A stretch of 32,000 nt of DNA, taken from the NCBI RefSeq assembly GCF_000196355.1, contig NC_007614.1, positions 420,001-452,000 on the forward strand. Reading direction: 5' to 3'. The position numbers and the translations under genes are program-made. Under the pieces are notes generated by a model. The model ran no database searches. It was not told the origin of the DNA and saw only the letters and a program-made list of their open reading frames with translations. This stretch comes from Nitrosospira multiformis ATCC 25196 (GTDB lineage: Bacteria > Pseudomonadota > Gammaproteobacteria > Burkholderiales > Nitrosomonadaceae). Below, one piece after another: positions 10,486-20,623 of this stretch; the stretch's first letter is position 1; each line of letters begins with the position of its first letter.

Positions 10486-12720
10486 TTATTCTTTTGACTG
10501 CAGTTCACAGGAAAGTGAAAGCGCTGGCTCTCCCGCGATCGGTCGGAACCATCCATCTTTGAGAGAAACCACGAGTTTGTCCGGGGAGAGGGGGAGTACG
10601 ATTGAAATACGCGCGCCGTGCGGTCGCCTATTTTCAATCTGTATCGTTCCCCTGTGTTCTTCGATTATCTTTTTTACAATGGGAAGACCCAGTCCGGTCC
10701 CTTTCGGTTTTGTTGTCACATAGGGTTCAAATACCCGTGCTCTCACCTGTTCAGGAAACCCCCCGCCGTTATCGCTGACGGTGAAACGTATGCCTGAGGG
10801 CAGCGTTTCCGTTTTTATCATGATTGCGGGCTGAGGCAAACCCGCCAGCGCATCCTGCGCATTCTGCAGGAGATTGTGGATCACCTGGCGCAGTCGCGCG
10901 GAGTCACCTTTCATCATCGGCAGGTCGGGCACCAGAACCAGATCGATGTGTGGTTGCCGATTATCCGGCGCTGCTGTGGCTGGACTTTCATATAAGGCCA
11001 GTACTTCCCGTACCAGTGCATTGAAATCCAGCAGGTGAAATTCGGGTTCAGGCGCACGCGCGTATTCGCTGAATTCATTGACCATTCTTTTGAGCGCTTC
11101 CACCTGATTGACGATCGTTTCGGTGGAACGATGCAGAATTTGCGCGTCATTGTCATTCAGCTTCGCGGCAAGCTTGTGTTGTATGCGTTCAGCGGACAGT
11201 TGTATCGGCGTCAGAGGATTCTTTATTTCATGCGCCAGACGGCGCGCCACTTCTCCCCAGGCTGCAGCGCGCTGAGTCTCCAGCAGATGGGTGATATCGT
11301 CGAACACGACGACGCCTCCCCCGCCCGGCACATGCGCCAGCCATGTTCCCCGTAGCAGCAGGACCTGACGCGTGCCCTCCCTCGTTCGCTCTACCTGGCG
11401 CTGCCACTCGCCCTTTGTTTCCGAATGAAATCCTTCCAGAATTCCATATGCGAAGGCATGCAACTCGGATTCACGCATCGCGCATTCCTCGATCGTCAGC
11501 CCTTCCAGACCGGGCAGCGGGACGTTCAGGATTTGCTCCGCGCTTAGATTGGCTGTGCGCAAGTGCAGGCTTTCATCGAATACCAGGACGCCCGAGGAAA
11601 GATTGGCCAGGATGTTTTCCAGATAAGCCCGCGCGCTTTCCACTTCCTGTTGATTGTGCTGGGCAGTTATCCGCGCTTCCTCCAACTGTTGGGTCATGAG
11701 ATTGAATGATTCGGTCAGTACGCCCAGTTCGTCGCGGCTCCGTACCGGATGGCGCCTGCTGAAGTCGCCCTGCGCAACCGCTCGCGTGCCCTCCGCCAGC
11801 ATTCCCAGAGGTGCGCTGAGCCGTTCGCTGATCAGGAATGCAGCGGCCAGGGCAGAGAAAAGCGCAAGCAGCAGCGCGAGCGTCAGGGTCACCCCGTAGA
11901 GGTGTTTGAGACCTTCGCGTGACAGCAGCAATTCCTGGTAGTCCCGATAGGCTGCCTGTACTATTTCCGCGTCTTCCGCCAGTTGTGTCGGCACGGGCTG
12001 CGTCAACTGCAGAATCCGCGTATTGTTTCTTACGCCGGGAACATCGATAGGCGACCATACCTTCAGGTACAAACCTTCGCCGGCAATCGACTCGATCGTG
12101 CTGTATCCGTTCTCCGTCCTGATCTGATGCAGTGAAGTTGTACTAAGTGCGTCAGGGACGGTTTCACTCGTGTCCGCACGTGCAAATGCAACGACGTTAC
12201 CTTCGTGATCGAACAGGACTGCTTCCTGCGCCTGCATTTGATGGACGAGTTGGTTTAATACCGGTGGCAATGGTCCCGCCTGCTCGGATAATGCAAGTGC
12301 GGCGAGATCGGCTTCCCTGTGCAGATCTTCCAGCCGGCTGTCGAGAATGGTGCGCCCCAGTTCCAGCCCGCCTTCCAGAGCGCGGTCCACTTTTACGTCG
12401 AACCACGATTCGATGCTTTTTCCCAGAAACTGGACCGATATGCTATAGACCAGGACGCCCGGGAGCACCGCCATCAGCGAGAAGATCAGCAACAGGCGCA
12501 GCGCCAGTCTGGAACCGAATACGCCCGCCTGAAGCCTGCGCCTGAGCCTCCATAGCAGGTATCCGACGATTGCCATGAGGAACAGCACCAAACCGGCGTT
12601 GAGCCTGATCAGCAGTCTGTATTTGCGGTCGAAGAGTCCGGTATCGGCGCCAGCGCTCGCGAGCAGGAGCAGCATGATCGCCCCCAGCGCCACGCCGGCG
12701 ATGATGAGGTATTTCATCAT
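10486..12720 (-). CDS. ntrY: NtrY-type sensor histidine kinase (TM-HAMP-PAS-HisKA-HATPase)
   Basis: H-box HEIKNPLTPIQLSAERI, N/G boxes (NLLQNAQDA, DNGGGF, GTGLGL) and N-terminal TM segments. The preferred start is the ATG at 12720, which overlaps the upstream stop in an ATGA junction. Confidence 0.9.
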   Translation of the reverse strand: MMKYLIIAGVALGAIMLLLLASAGADTGLFDRKYRLLIRLNAGLVLFLMAIVGYLLWRLRRRLQAGVFGSRLALRLLLIFSLMAVLPGVLVYSISVQFLGKSIESWFDVKVDRALEGGLELGRTILDSRLEDLHREADLAALALSEQAGPLPPVLNQLVHQMQAQEAVLFDHEGNVVAFARADTSETVPDALSTTSLHQIRTENGYSTIESIAGEGLYLKVWSPIDVPGVRNNTRILQLTQPVPTQLAEDAEIVQAAYRDYQELLLSREGLKHLYGVTLTLALLLALFSALAAAFLISERLSAPLGMLAEGTRAVAQGDFSRRHPVRSRDELGVLTESFNLMTQQLEEARITAQHNQQEVESARAYLENILANLSSGVLVFDESLHLRTANLSAEQILNVPLPGLEGLTIEECAMRESELHAFAYGILEGFHSETKGEWQRQVERTREGTRQVLLLRGTWLAHVPGGGGVVVFDDITHLLETQRAAAWGEVARRLAHEIKNPLTPIQLSAERIQHKLAAKLNDNDAQILHRSTETIVNQVEALKRMVNEFSEYARAPEPEFHLLDFNALVREVLALYESPATAAPDNRQPHIDLVLVPDLPMMKGDSARLRQVIHNLLQNAQDALAGLPQPAIMIKTETLPSGIRFTVSDNGGGFPEQVRARVFEPYVTTKPKGTGLGLPIVKKIIEEHRGTIQIENRRPHGARISIVLPLSPDKLVVSLKDGWFRPIAGEPALSLSCELQSKE

Positions 12721-13334
12721 TTGCTGTTGTCCTGCAGCTTCTGGGAGGGTAAGCGGGTATTCCACCGCAAAGTACCGGAACCGAGATCCCATTCCCGGGA
12801 GCCGAGCGTTTCCACCTGGAACGGCTTGGGCAGCGCCGCTATATCGAGACGCGTGCGCAATTCCACGGTATATTCCGCGTTCGGGATCAATTCTTCACTC
12901 GCGTTGATCGGCCGGTCCCGCACGCGGCTTAACGCCTGCAATGCATCGCTGAGCGAACCGAAGTTCTGTGACAATGCCCCCCGCGTCAGGCGATACTGAC
13001 GAGTGAGGGCGTAGTAGCTCAATCCTTCGCGCACCCGGCTATAGCCTACTCTTTCATCGAACCAGTACCAGCGTGAATTGACCAGGCTGAGTTCGGTGAC
13101 AAAATAAAGCACAATACCCTTCTCCAGGGCATGCTCCAGTTTGTGATTGAGAGTGATCTGGAAATCGGCGTCAAACTCGTAGGCGCCTTCCACGGGTTTG
13201 ATTCTGACCGACTTGATCTCTATGCTTGCTTCCCCATGTGCGCTGGATGCCTGTCCTATGAGCGCAAGCAGCAGCGCTGCCACAGTCATGCGCAGGAGAC
13301 GGGGCAGGAAATCAGAGCTTTTCAAGCAATGCAT
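12717..13334 (-). CDS. DUF4390-family exported protein
   Basis: A signal-peptide-like N-terminus (RLLRMTVAALLLALIGQASSAHG) is followed by a soluble domain. The position between rsmB and ntrY matches my recollection of the DUF4390 context in Betaproteobacteria. The start is ambiguous: 13334 (overlaps the rsmB end) or 13289. Confidence 0.7.
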   Translation of the reverse strand: MHCLKSSDFLPRLLRMTVAALLLALIGQASSAHGEASIEIKSVRIKPVEGAYEFDADFQITLNHKLEHALEKGIVLYFVTELSLVNSRWYWFDERVGYSRVREGLSYYALTRQYRLTRGALSQNFGSLSDALQALSRVRDRPINASEELIPNAEYTVELRTRLDIAALPKPFQVETLGSREWDLGSGTLRWNTRLPSQKLQDNSK

Positions 13335-14640
13335 AAAAAAAACCGTCGTGATGGAGGTCCGGCAACAACTGGCCCTCCACGATTTCCGGCACGGAAAAGG
13401 GCAGTAGACGAGCATCCGGATGATGATTCAGGAAGCTTTCCACCTGAAGACCGTTTTCCTCTGCGAATATGGAACAAGTGACATAGAGCAATTTACCGCC
13501 TTTGACCAGGGTTTGCCAAAGGGCATCGAGGGTTTTACGTTGTATCTCGGCAAACTGCGCCAGGTCGCTTTCGCGTCGCAGCCATTTGATGTCGGGGTGA
13601 CGGCGCACCACCCCGGACGCAGAGCAGGGGGCATCAGCCAGGATACGATCGAATGGCCTTCCATCCCACCACTCCCCCGGGTGCGTGGCGTCGCCGTGAA
13701 TGATGCGATAAGGCTTGAGGCCGAGACGAGTGAAATTCTGCTTTAGCCGTTCTAACCGCTCGCCATCATTGTCAACCGCGGTCAGTTCCAGATCGGTCAA
13801 TTCAAGCAGATGCGCGCTTTTCCCGCCCGGGGCAGCGCAGGCGTCCAGCACCCGCATTCCGCTCTGGGGACAGAGTAGCGGCGCTGCCATTTGAGCGGCC
13901 ACATCCTGAACTGATACCAGTCCTTGACCGAAGCCCGGCAGTTTTTCCACCGGGACCGGGTGAAATAATTCAAGCGCCTCTTCTGTCCACTCGTTTTCCG
14001 GTCGCCGGGCATTCAGTCCGGCATTGTGCAGCAGCTTCTGATATGCTTCAACGTTTGTCCTCCGCTGATTGACTCTGAGCGCCATAGGTGGTCGTATATT
14101 GGCTGTCTCCAGTACAGCCTGATAGCGGGAGGGATATTGCGCACGGAGTTTGTCGATCCACCATTGTGGATGGGAATACCTTCCTACTTCGGTTGCCGCC
14201 GTTTTTTCAAGCAGGGCGGGACGTTTGCGCAAGAAGTTGCGCAATATCGCATTGACCAGTCCGCCTATACTTTTCGCATGGCGGGGATCCAGCATGTTCC
14301 TGCTATTCCTGCCATCGATCGAGGGGCTGCAAGAAGCGGATACTGCACTGTCCACCACGACGTGCGGCGCCGTTTTGCTGTATTGAAGCTGATACAGTCC
14401 CACCAGTAGCAGGTAGCGCAAACTCTGGTCCTTCAGGGGTTTGTTCAGCAATAAGCCAAGCAATATGTCCAGTTGACCATAAAAGCGCAGTACGCCATAG
14501 CTTAAATCCTGAATCGCACCGCGCTGCTGGTCGGAGAGGCCGCTGTGGCTGCGCCAGGTTTCCTGCAAAACCGTTGTCAGACTTGCGCCACTCACCACTC
14601 TTTCAACAGTGGTGGCGGCGAGACGCTGCGTCCTGATCAT
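13312..14640 (-). CDS. rsmB: 16S rRNA (cytosine967-C5)-methyltransferase RsmB/Sun
   Basis: 442-aa ORF with a NusB-like N-terminal domain, the SAM-binding motif DACAAPGGKS and the catalytic PCSASGVVRRHPDIKW. The start overlaps the fmt stop (ATGA at 14637-14640). Confidence 0.9.
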   Translation of the reverse strand: MIRTQRLAATTVERVVSGASLTTVLQETWRSHSGLSDQQRGAIQDLSYGVLRFYGQLDILLGLLLNKPLKDQSLRYLLLVGLYQLQYSKTAPHVVVDSAVSASCSPSIDGRNSRNMLDPRHAKSIGGLVNAILRNFLRKRPALLEKTAATEVGRYSHPQWWIDKLRAQYPSRYQAVLETANIRPPMALRVNQRRTNVEAYQKLLHNAGLNARRPENEWTEEALELFHPVPVEKLPGFGQGLVSVQDVAAQMAAPLLCPQSGMRVLDACAAPGGKSAHLLELTDLELTAVDNDGERLERLKQNFTRLGLKPYRIIHGDATHPGEWWDGRPFDRILADAPCSASGVVRRHPDIKWLRRESDLAQFAEIQRKTLDALWQTLVKGGKLLYVTCSIFAEENGLQVESFLNHHPDARLLPFSVPEIVEGQLLPDLHHDGFFYALLEKL

Positions 14641-15575
14641 TCCCCGCTTTCAAAACGATCGTGCGGGTGCAGAGAATGCCCCAGGAGGAATTCAGCGGAT
14701 CTTAATTTTTTACCTCCGGATTTTTGCACGATCTTCAATATCAAGGCATGCTTGCCGCATGCAACGACAATTCCGTCCGGTCTTATTGCAACGATTTCCC
14801 CCGGTTTTTCATCTGTCTCTGCGATATCTACGCTGGTCTGCCACACTTTCATGGAAATTCCATTCACGGTGGAATGCATGCCGGGACGAGGATTAAAGGC
14901 CCTCACTGCGCGATCGATATTTTCTGCATCCATCCGCCAGTCAATTTCGGCTTCCGTCTTTTCCAGTTTGGAGGCGTACGTGGCCGCCAGATCATTCTGG
15001 GGAGTGGCGATAATTTTTCCTTGCTGCAACAAAGCCAGCGCTTCTACGATACAGGCTGCTCCCAATTGTCCAAGCTTTTCATGCAATGTTCCGGCAGTGT
15101 CATCCTTTGCGATTGTAATACTTCGTACCAGCAGAATGGGGCCGGTATCGAGACCGCGATCCATTTGCATGATCGTAATTCCTGTTTCCCGATCTCCCGC
15201 TAGAATCGCCCGTTCGATTGGAGCCGCTCCGCGCCACCGGGGCAGTAATGAGGCATGAATGTTCACGCAGCCGAGTTTTGGGATATTCAGAACAGAGAAA
15301 GGCAGAATCAATCCATACGCAGCGACAACCATGATATCTGCCCTGACGGCCTCGAGTTGCATGTGTAACTCGGGTTGCCTGAGGGAGGGGGGCTGCAGTA
15401 GACCAAATCCCCGCTTTTGTGCAAGTAACTTTACTGCGCTGGAAGCATTTTTCATGCCTCTTCCGGCAGGTCGATCCGGCTGGGTCAGCACCAATGCAAT
15501 TTCGTGGCCAGCATCTGCCAGGGCTTCAAGCGCGGCGGCGGCGAAAGGAGGCGTTCCGGCAAAAATGATTCTCAT
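14637..15575 (-). CDS. fmt: Methionyl-tRNA formyltransferase
   Basis: 312-aa ORF with MRIIFAGTPPFAA, NIHASLLPRWRGAAPI and the C-terminal tRNA-binding domain. Confidence 0.95.
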   Translation of the reverse strand: MRIIFAGTPPFAAAALEALADAGHEIALVLTQPDRPAGRGMKNASSAVKLLAQKRGFGLLQPPSLRQPELHMQLEAVRADIMVVAAYGLILPFSVLNIPKLGCVNIHASLLPRWRGAAPIERAILAGDRETGITIMQMDRGLDTGPILLVRSITIAKDDTAGTLHEKLGQLGAACIVEALALLQQGKIIATPQNDLAATYASKLEKTEAEIDWRMDAENIDRAVRAFNPRPGMHSTVNGISMKVWQTSVDIAETDEKPGEIVAIRPDGIVVACGKHALILKIVQKSGGKKLRSAEFLLGHSLHPHDRFESGE

Positions 15576-15779
15576 GGGGATGGGCAGGGGTAGGCGCGTG
15601 ACGGCAAGAAAGGATGGTCAGTATCCGCATCCCGTTCCCGGAGCACCGGTCACCAAATTCTCCGGATAATCTCCCCTTGCGGTTGCATCGGTTTGCTGTG
15701 GAAACAGGGAATGCGCCGTGGAATGGACCAAGAGCGTGCAAGAGACGGATAATAAAGATATAAATTTTTACATGGTCTG

Positions 15780-16283
15780 CTACATTACCTTTCGGCGCTG
15801 CTTCCGGAATTTTGCCTGAATCCTCGATTGCTTCATCCGCGACCAATACTCCACAAATACTCTTCCCAGCAGGTGATCCATTTCATGCTGGATACACACC
15901 GCCAGAAGCCCGTCCGCATCCAGCGTGAAGCGCTCGCCGTCCTTGTTCAGGGCTTCGACGGTAATCTGCGCAGCGCGCGGCACCTTGCCAAATATGCCAG
16001 GTACGGACAGGCAGCCTTCCTCATAGTCCGATTCCCCCTCGTGCGTGGTGATTTCCGGATTAATCAGCACAAGCAGCTGATCATGGGTATTGGAAACATC
16101 GATTACGATAACACGCTTGTGCACGTCCACCTGCGTCGCGGCCAACCCGACTCCCGGCGCGGCATACATGGTTTCCGCCATATCCTGCACCAGGACGCGT
16201 ATTTCATCGGTGACTTCGGGAACCGGAGCCGCAATGGTGTGTAACCGTTCGTCAGGATATTGCAATATTTTCAATAGCGCCAT
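15780..16283 (-). CDS. def: Peptide deformylase
   Basis: Start taken at the internal ATG at 16283 ([14 protein letters not shown]). Motifs [17 protein letters not shown] and QHEMDHL are all present. Confidence 0.95.
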   Translation of the reverse strand: MALLKILQYPDERLHTIAAPVPEVTDEIRVLVQDMAETMYAAPGVGLAATQVDVHKRVIVIDVSNTHDQLLVLINPEITTHEGESDYEEGCLSVPGIFGKVPRAAQITVEALNKDGERFTLDADGLLAVCIQHEMDHLLGRVFVEYWSRMKQSRIQAKFRKQRRKVM

Positions 16284-16538
16284 AAAAAGGCTTGAACATA
16301 AAAGAAACTGAATGCAAAATTCAAGGCGACGCCTGATAGCGATAGTCCGTCGCACCTTCGCAGGATTCCTGCGGATATATTATATCCTGATTTACCTGCA
16401 ACCTTCTTTTCTCCGACTTTCAATCACTGCTAAGTTCCTATATTTCATCAGATTGTCTTGCCATGACGGTAACCGGGGATTTGGGCTCCAGGTTTATCAC
16501 CGTGAGTTCCGCAACGGTGAAGGGATGAAGTCCGCCGG

Positions 16539-17681
16539 ATGCGGTTACGGGATGAAAAGACCATGTCATCAATACCTGTCCAGGTAATTTCGCAGCGGAA
16601 TATCGAACCCGATATCGCATCCTGGCTCGCCCTGGACTTGATCGATGGCCTGGGTGACGAGTCGATGAGGTGTTTGCTTGCGACTTTTGGCAGCCCCGCT
16701 GCAATTCTTTCGGCCAGCATGACTTCATTGGAGCGCGTGGTTAAAAGGAAGGTGGCGGACAACATTATCGGGGGAGCTGACCCGCAAAAGCTGAATGCTT
16801 CGCTCAAATGGCTGGAAGACCCGCAGAATTCCGTCATCACCCTGGCAGATCCGGATTATCCCGCACTGTTACTCCATATCCCCGATCCCCCGCCGCTTCT
16901 CTATGTCAAAGGAAAGCGCGCTCTGCTGAACGCGCCAATGCTTGCCATTGTCGGCAGCCGGAATGCTACGCCCCAAGGTCTTTCCAATGCAGAAGCCTTT
17001 GCCGAGGCGGCGAGCAATGCAGGATTTTCCATCGCCAGCGGCATGGCTCTTGGCATTGACGCCGCAGCGCATCGTGGAGGACTGCGAGGAAGGGCCAGCA
17101 GTATTGCCGTGGTGGGTACCGGACTGGATCTCGTTTATCCCGCAAGCCATCGCAAGCTGGCGCATGAGTTGGCGGAAAGGGGCGCGCTTGTCTCCGAGTT
17201 TCCGTTGGGCACGCCTCCCATCGGCAGCAACTTTCCGCGTCGCAATCGCATCATCAGTGGCCTGAGCAGGGGATGCCTTGTGGTCGAGGCCGCATTGCAG
17301 AGCGGTTCTCTTATCACGGCGCGGCAGGCGTTGGAGCAGGGACGGGAAGTATTCGCCATTCCGGGCTCCATCCACTCGCCCTTGTCCAGGGGATGCCATG
17401 CACTCATCAAGCAGGGTGCCAAGCTGGTGGAAAGCGCAGGAGATATTCTGGAGGAATTCGGTTGCCCATCTGGCATCCCCATCCTCGTTCCGGAAGGGGG
17501 TGAGGCTGCAAGAGAAGAATTTTTGCTGTTGAAACACCTCAGCCATGACATCATCGATGTCGATACCCTCTGCCTGCGTAGTGGCTTGACGGTAGAAACG
17601 GTATCGGCCATGCTGTTGACGCTTGAACTGGATGGCATAATCGCCAGTCTTCCCGGCGGGCGTTACCAGCGGCTCCGATAG
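16539..17681 (+). CDS. dprA: DNA-processing protein DprA/Smf
   Basis: IVGSRNATPQG, GMALGIDAAAHRG, FPRRNRIISGLS and VVEAALQSGSLITA motifs. An alternative start ATG lies at 16563. The gene is divergent from def, as in many proteobacteria. Confidence 0.9.
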   Translation: MRLRDEKTMSSIPVQVISQRNIEPDIASWLALDLIDGLGDESMRCLLATFGSPAAILSASMTSLERVVKRKVADNIIGGADPQKLNASLKWLEDPQNSVITLADPDYPALLLHIPDPPPLLYVKGKRALLNAPMLAIVGSRNATPQGLSNAEAFAEAASNAGFSIASGMALGIDAAAHRGGLRGRASSIAVVGTGLDLVYPASHRKLAHELAERGALVSEFPLGTPPIGSNFPRRNRIISGLSRGCLVVEAALQSGSLITARQALEQGREVFAIPGSIHSPLSRGCHALIKQGAKLVESAGDILEEFGCPSGIPILVPEGGEAAREEFLLLKHLSHDIIDVDTLCLRSGLTVETVSAMLLTLELDGIIASLPGGRYQRLR

Positions 17682-17967
17682 GTGGCGGTGTCCGAGGTAT
17701 GTACGGCTTTCGTATGATCACCCCATCCGGAGGGGGTAAGAGGGGATAACGTGGGACCGGAAGAGATTGCAGGAGTTGCAGCGACCGGTACGGACGACAG
17801 GATTCCGCGGGGAGAAGCATGCTGGTTTTCTGCTGAGCTTGCCTGCCTTCGGGGTCCTATCATGATGATGTTTTTGGTTGCAGGTCGCTGGCAGTGCTAT
17901 CTATTTTTGCTTGCCCCCTGTTATGCTGATAAATCACACGGGGTGGTGGGACATTTACAGGAATTTC

Positions 17968-20508
17968 ATGGGTAAAACCTTAATCATTGCCGAGAAGCCT
18001 TCTGTTGCCGCAGACATTGCGCGTGCCTTAGGGGGATTCACGAAACATACCGACTACTTCGAGAACGATGAATATGTCGTGTCGTCCGCCGTAGGGCATT
18101 TGCTTGAGCTCGCGGTCCCTCCGGAACACGAAGTCAAGCGAGGGAAATGGAGTTTTACGAATCTGCCCGTCATTCCACCGCATTTTGACCTCAATCCCAT
18201 CGAGAAAACCGAATCGCGGCTGAAGCTTTTGACCAGACTCATCAAACGGAAGGATGTGGACGCGCTGATCAATGCTTGCGATGCAGGCCGGGAAGGGGAA
18301 CTGATTTTTCGCTACATCACTCGCCATGTCGGAACCAAAAAGCCGGTTAAACGGCTATGGCTGCAATCGATGACGCCCGCTTCCATCCGGGAGGGTTTCA
18401 ATAAGTTGCTGGATGATGAGGACGTGTGGCCATTGGCGGAAGCAGCGGTAAGCCGTTCAGAAGCTGACTGGCTGGTGGGCATAAACGGCACACGCGCCAT
18501 GACCGCATTCAATTCACAGGAAGGCGGCTTCCATAAAACCACAGTGGGACGTGTACAAACTCCTACATTGGCGATTCTGATCGAGCGCGAAGACATCATC
18601 AAGAAATTTGTCCCTCGCAGCTACTGGGAAGTGCATGCAACGTTTTCCGCCCGCGAAGGAAGCTATAAGGGTCGCTGGTTCGACGAGTCGTTCACGAAAG
18701 CCAGGAAAGACAATGAGCAAAAAGCAGAGCGGTTATGGGACCATGCGACTGCGGAAGCTATTCGTGTCAAGTGCCTCGGTAAATCTGGGGTCGTCACCGA
18801 AGAAAGCAAGCCTGCTACCGAAACCTGCCCTTTGCTCTATGACCTTACCAGTTTGCAGCGCGATGCGAACGGCCGTTTCGGCTTTTCCGCCAAGACTACC
18901 CTCTCCCTGGCGCAGGCATTATATGAAAAGCATAAGGTATTGACTTATCCGCGCACGGACTCGCGGGCTCTGCCGGAAGATTATATTGCCACCGTCAAGG
19001 AAACCCTGGGTTCTCTCCAAAACTCTGGATACGGAGCATTTGCTGCGCAGATTCTCGGAGCAGGCTGGGTTAAGCCCAATAAACGTATATTCAACAATGC
19101 AAAAATCTCCGACCACTTTGCGATCATCCCTACGACCATTGAAGCCAGGGGGTTGAACGAGGTGGAGTCAAAACTGTACGATCTTGTTGTCAAGCGTTTC
19201 CTCGCGATATTCTACCCGGCGGCTGAATTTCTCGTTACCACCCGTATCACGCGGGTGGAGAACGAGCCTTTCAAGACGGAAGGAAAAGTTCTGATCAATC
19301 CCGGCTGGCAGGCCGTTTACGGCAAGGAGGCGCAGCCTTCGGGTACGGAGGACAACTCGACCCTGGTCAAGCTGGAGCCGGATGAACCGGTGACCGCCGA
19401 GGAAATTGAGGTTGCCTCGCATCAGACTCGCCCCCCTCCCCGATTCAATGAAGCCACTCTGCTGTCCGCGATGGAAGGCGCGGGTAAATGGGTGGAAGAT
19501 GAAGAACTGCGGGAAGCCATGAGCGCAAAGGGACTTGGCACGCCGGCGACACGCGCGGCGATTATCGAAGGCCTGGTATCGGAAAACTACATCCAGCGTG
19601 TGGGACGGGAACTGCATCCCACTGCCAAGGCCTTTTCCCTCATCACCTTGTTGCGCGGGTTGAAAGTACCGGAACTTACTTCGCCTGAGCTGACGGGTGA
19701 CTGGGAATACAAGCTGCGCCAGATCGAACAGGGGAAGCTCGAACGCAACAAGTTCATGGCTGAAATCGCGGAGATGACGAGCCACATCGTGCAACAGGCA
19801 AAAAGTCATCGCGGCGAAACCATAAGTGGAGATTTTTCGACGCTCAAGTCGCCCTGTCCGAAATGCGGCGGTGTGATCCAGGAGACATATAAAAAATTTC
19901 AGTGCCAGAAATGCGATTTCGCGCTATGGAAAATTCTGGCGGGACGACAATTTGAAACAGCGGAAATGGAGCAGCTCATTACCCGGCGGGAGGTGGGGCC
20001 TCTCCAGGGCTTTCGGAGCAAGATGGGACGGCTGTTCAACGCCAACATCAAACTGACGGATGAGCTCGAGATGAAGTTTGATTTCGGTGCAGACGGGGAG
20101 CAGGATACTGAAGAGGTTGATTTTTCCGGGCAGGAACCGTTGGGAAAGTGTCCCCGGTGCAGTGGGCGGGTATTCGATCATGGCATGAGCTACCTGTGCG
20201 AAAAATCGCTCGGTTCTGCACACACATGCAGCTTTAAAATAGGGAAAATCATTCTCTCGCGGCCGCTCGAGCGCGAGCAGGTCATGAAATTGTTGCAGAC
20301 CGGCAAAACGGATTTGCTGACAAAGTTTATTTCGAAGAAGGGCAGGCCGTTTTCAGCCTATCTCGTTGCGGGCAAGGACGGAAAAATCGGGTTCGAGTTC
20401 GAAGTGAAGGAGGCAAAGGTTAAAACCCCGGCAGAGACGGAGGAAACAAAGGTGGCGAAGCCGAGGGCTGCGCCGATGAAAAAAACCCTCTCCGCGAAAA
20501 CGAGGTAA
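17968..20508 (+). CDS. topB: DNA topoisomerase III-type (type IA) with two C-terminal zinc-ribbon/topoisomerase C-terminal repeat modules and a Lys-rich tail
   Basis: Start taken at the ATG at 17968 (AGGA lies 6 nt upstream). The N-terminus MGKTLIIAEKPSVAADIA is TopB-like rather than TopA-like. Motifs DAGREGELIF, ADWLVGINGTRA, GRVQTPTL and YPRTDS are present, and the C-terminus has CPKCGG...CQKCDF and CPRCSGR...C...C. Confidence 0.9.
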   Translation: MGKTLIIAEKPSVAADIARALGGFTKHTDYFENDEYVVSSAVGHLLELAVPPEHEVKRGKWSFTNLPVIPPHFDLNPIEKTESRLKLLTRLIKRKDVDALINACDAGREGELIFRYITRHVGTKKPVKRLWLQSMTPASIREGFNKLLDDEDVWPLAEAAVSRSEADWLVGINGTRAMTAFNSQEGGFHKTTVGRVQTPTLAILIEREDIIKKFVPRSYWEVHATFSAREGSYKGRWFDESFTKARKDNEQKAERLWDHATAEAIRVKCLGKSGVVTEESKPATETCPLLYDLTSLQRDANGRFGFSAKTTLSLAQALYEKHKVLTYPRTDSRALPEDYIATVKETLGSLQNSGYGAFAAQILGAGWVKPNKRIFNNAKISDHFAIIPTTIEARGLNEVESKLYDLVVKRFLAIFYPAAEFLVTTRITRVENEPFKTEGKVLINPGWQAVYGKEAQPSGTEDNSTLVKLEPDEPVTAEEIEVASHQTRPPPRFNEATLLSAMEGAGKWVEDEELREAMSAKGLGTPATRAAIIEGLVSENYIQRVGRELHPTAKAFSLITLLRGLKVPELTSPELTGDWEYKLRQIEQGKLERNKFMAEIAEMTSHIVQQAKSHRGETISGDFSTLKSPCPKCGGVIQETYKKFQCQKCDFALWKILAGRQFETAEMEQLITRREVGPLQGFRSKMGRLFNANIKLTDELEMKFDFGADGEQDTEEVDFSGQEPLGKCPRCSGRVFDHGMSYLCEKSLGSAHTCSFKIGKIILSRPLEREQVMKLLQTGKTDLLTKFISKKGRPFSAYLVAGKDGKIGFEFEVKEAKVKTPAETEETKVAKPRAAPMKKTLSAKTR

Positions 20509-20583
20509 AAAGGGCAGTGGAGCGCAGCCTGCTTCTTGAAGAAGACCCGTTCGGGAGATCGGGGGACTGCGAGAATGGGAGAA

Positions 20584-20623
20584 GAGGGAAAGGGCGTGAT
20601 TGCGTAACGCCTCTTCCTTTATT
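20584..20623. terminator. Hairpin terminator between the convergent topB and ACP genes
   Basis: GAGGGAAAGGGCGT-(gattgcgta)-ACGCCTCTTCC followed by TTTATT on the plus strand. The stem is imperfect (one mismatch, G-U pairs) and abuts the ACP stop codon at 20619-20621. Confidence 0.4.

Noticed and set aside
16284-16538. Minus-strand ORFs at 16438-16728 and 16448-16840, and the plus-strand ORF at 16312-16587, in or near the def-dprA divergent spacer.
   Set aside because: They overlap the dprA 5' region or the promoter region, have no motifs and have odd composition. The region is best explained as a divergent promoter spacer.
17878-17967. N-terminal extensions suggested by the ORF track. Affected genes are topB (17878), LptG-like (25963), def (16355), ntrX (10476), ntrY (12792), DUF4390 (13415), CDP-alcohol transferase (27184) and GNAT-like (22792).
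   Set aside because: Internal starts match family-typical N-termini, have better SD spacing, or create ATGA coupling with the upstream gene. The extended peptides have no homology-like features.
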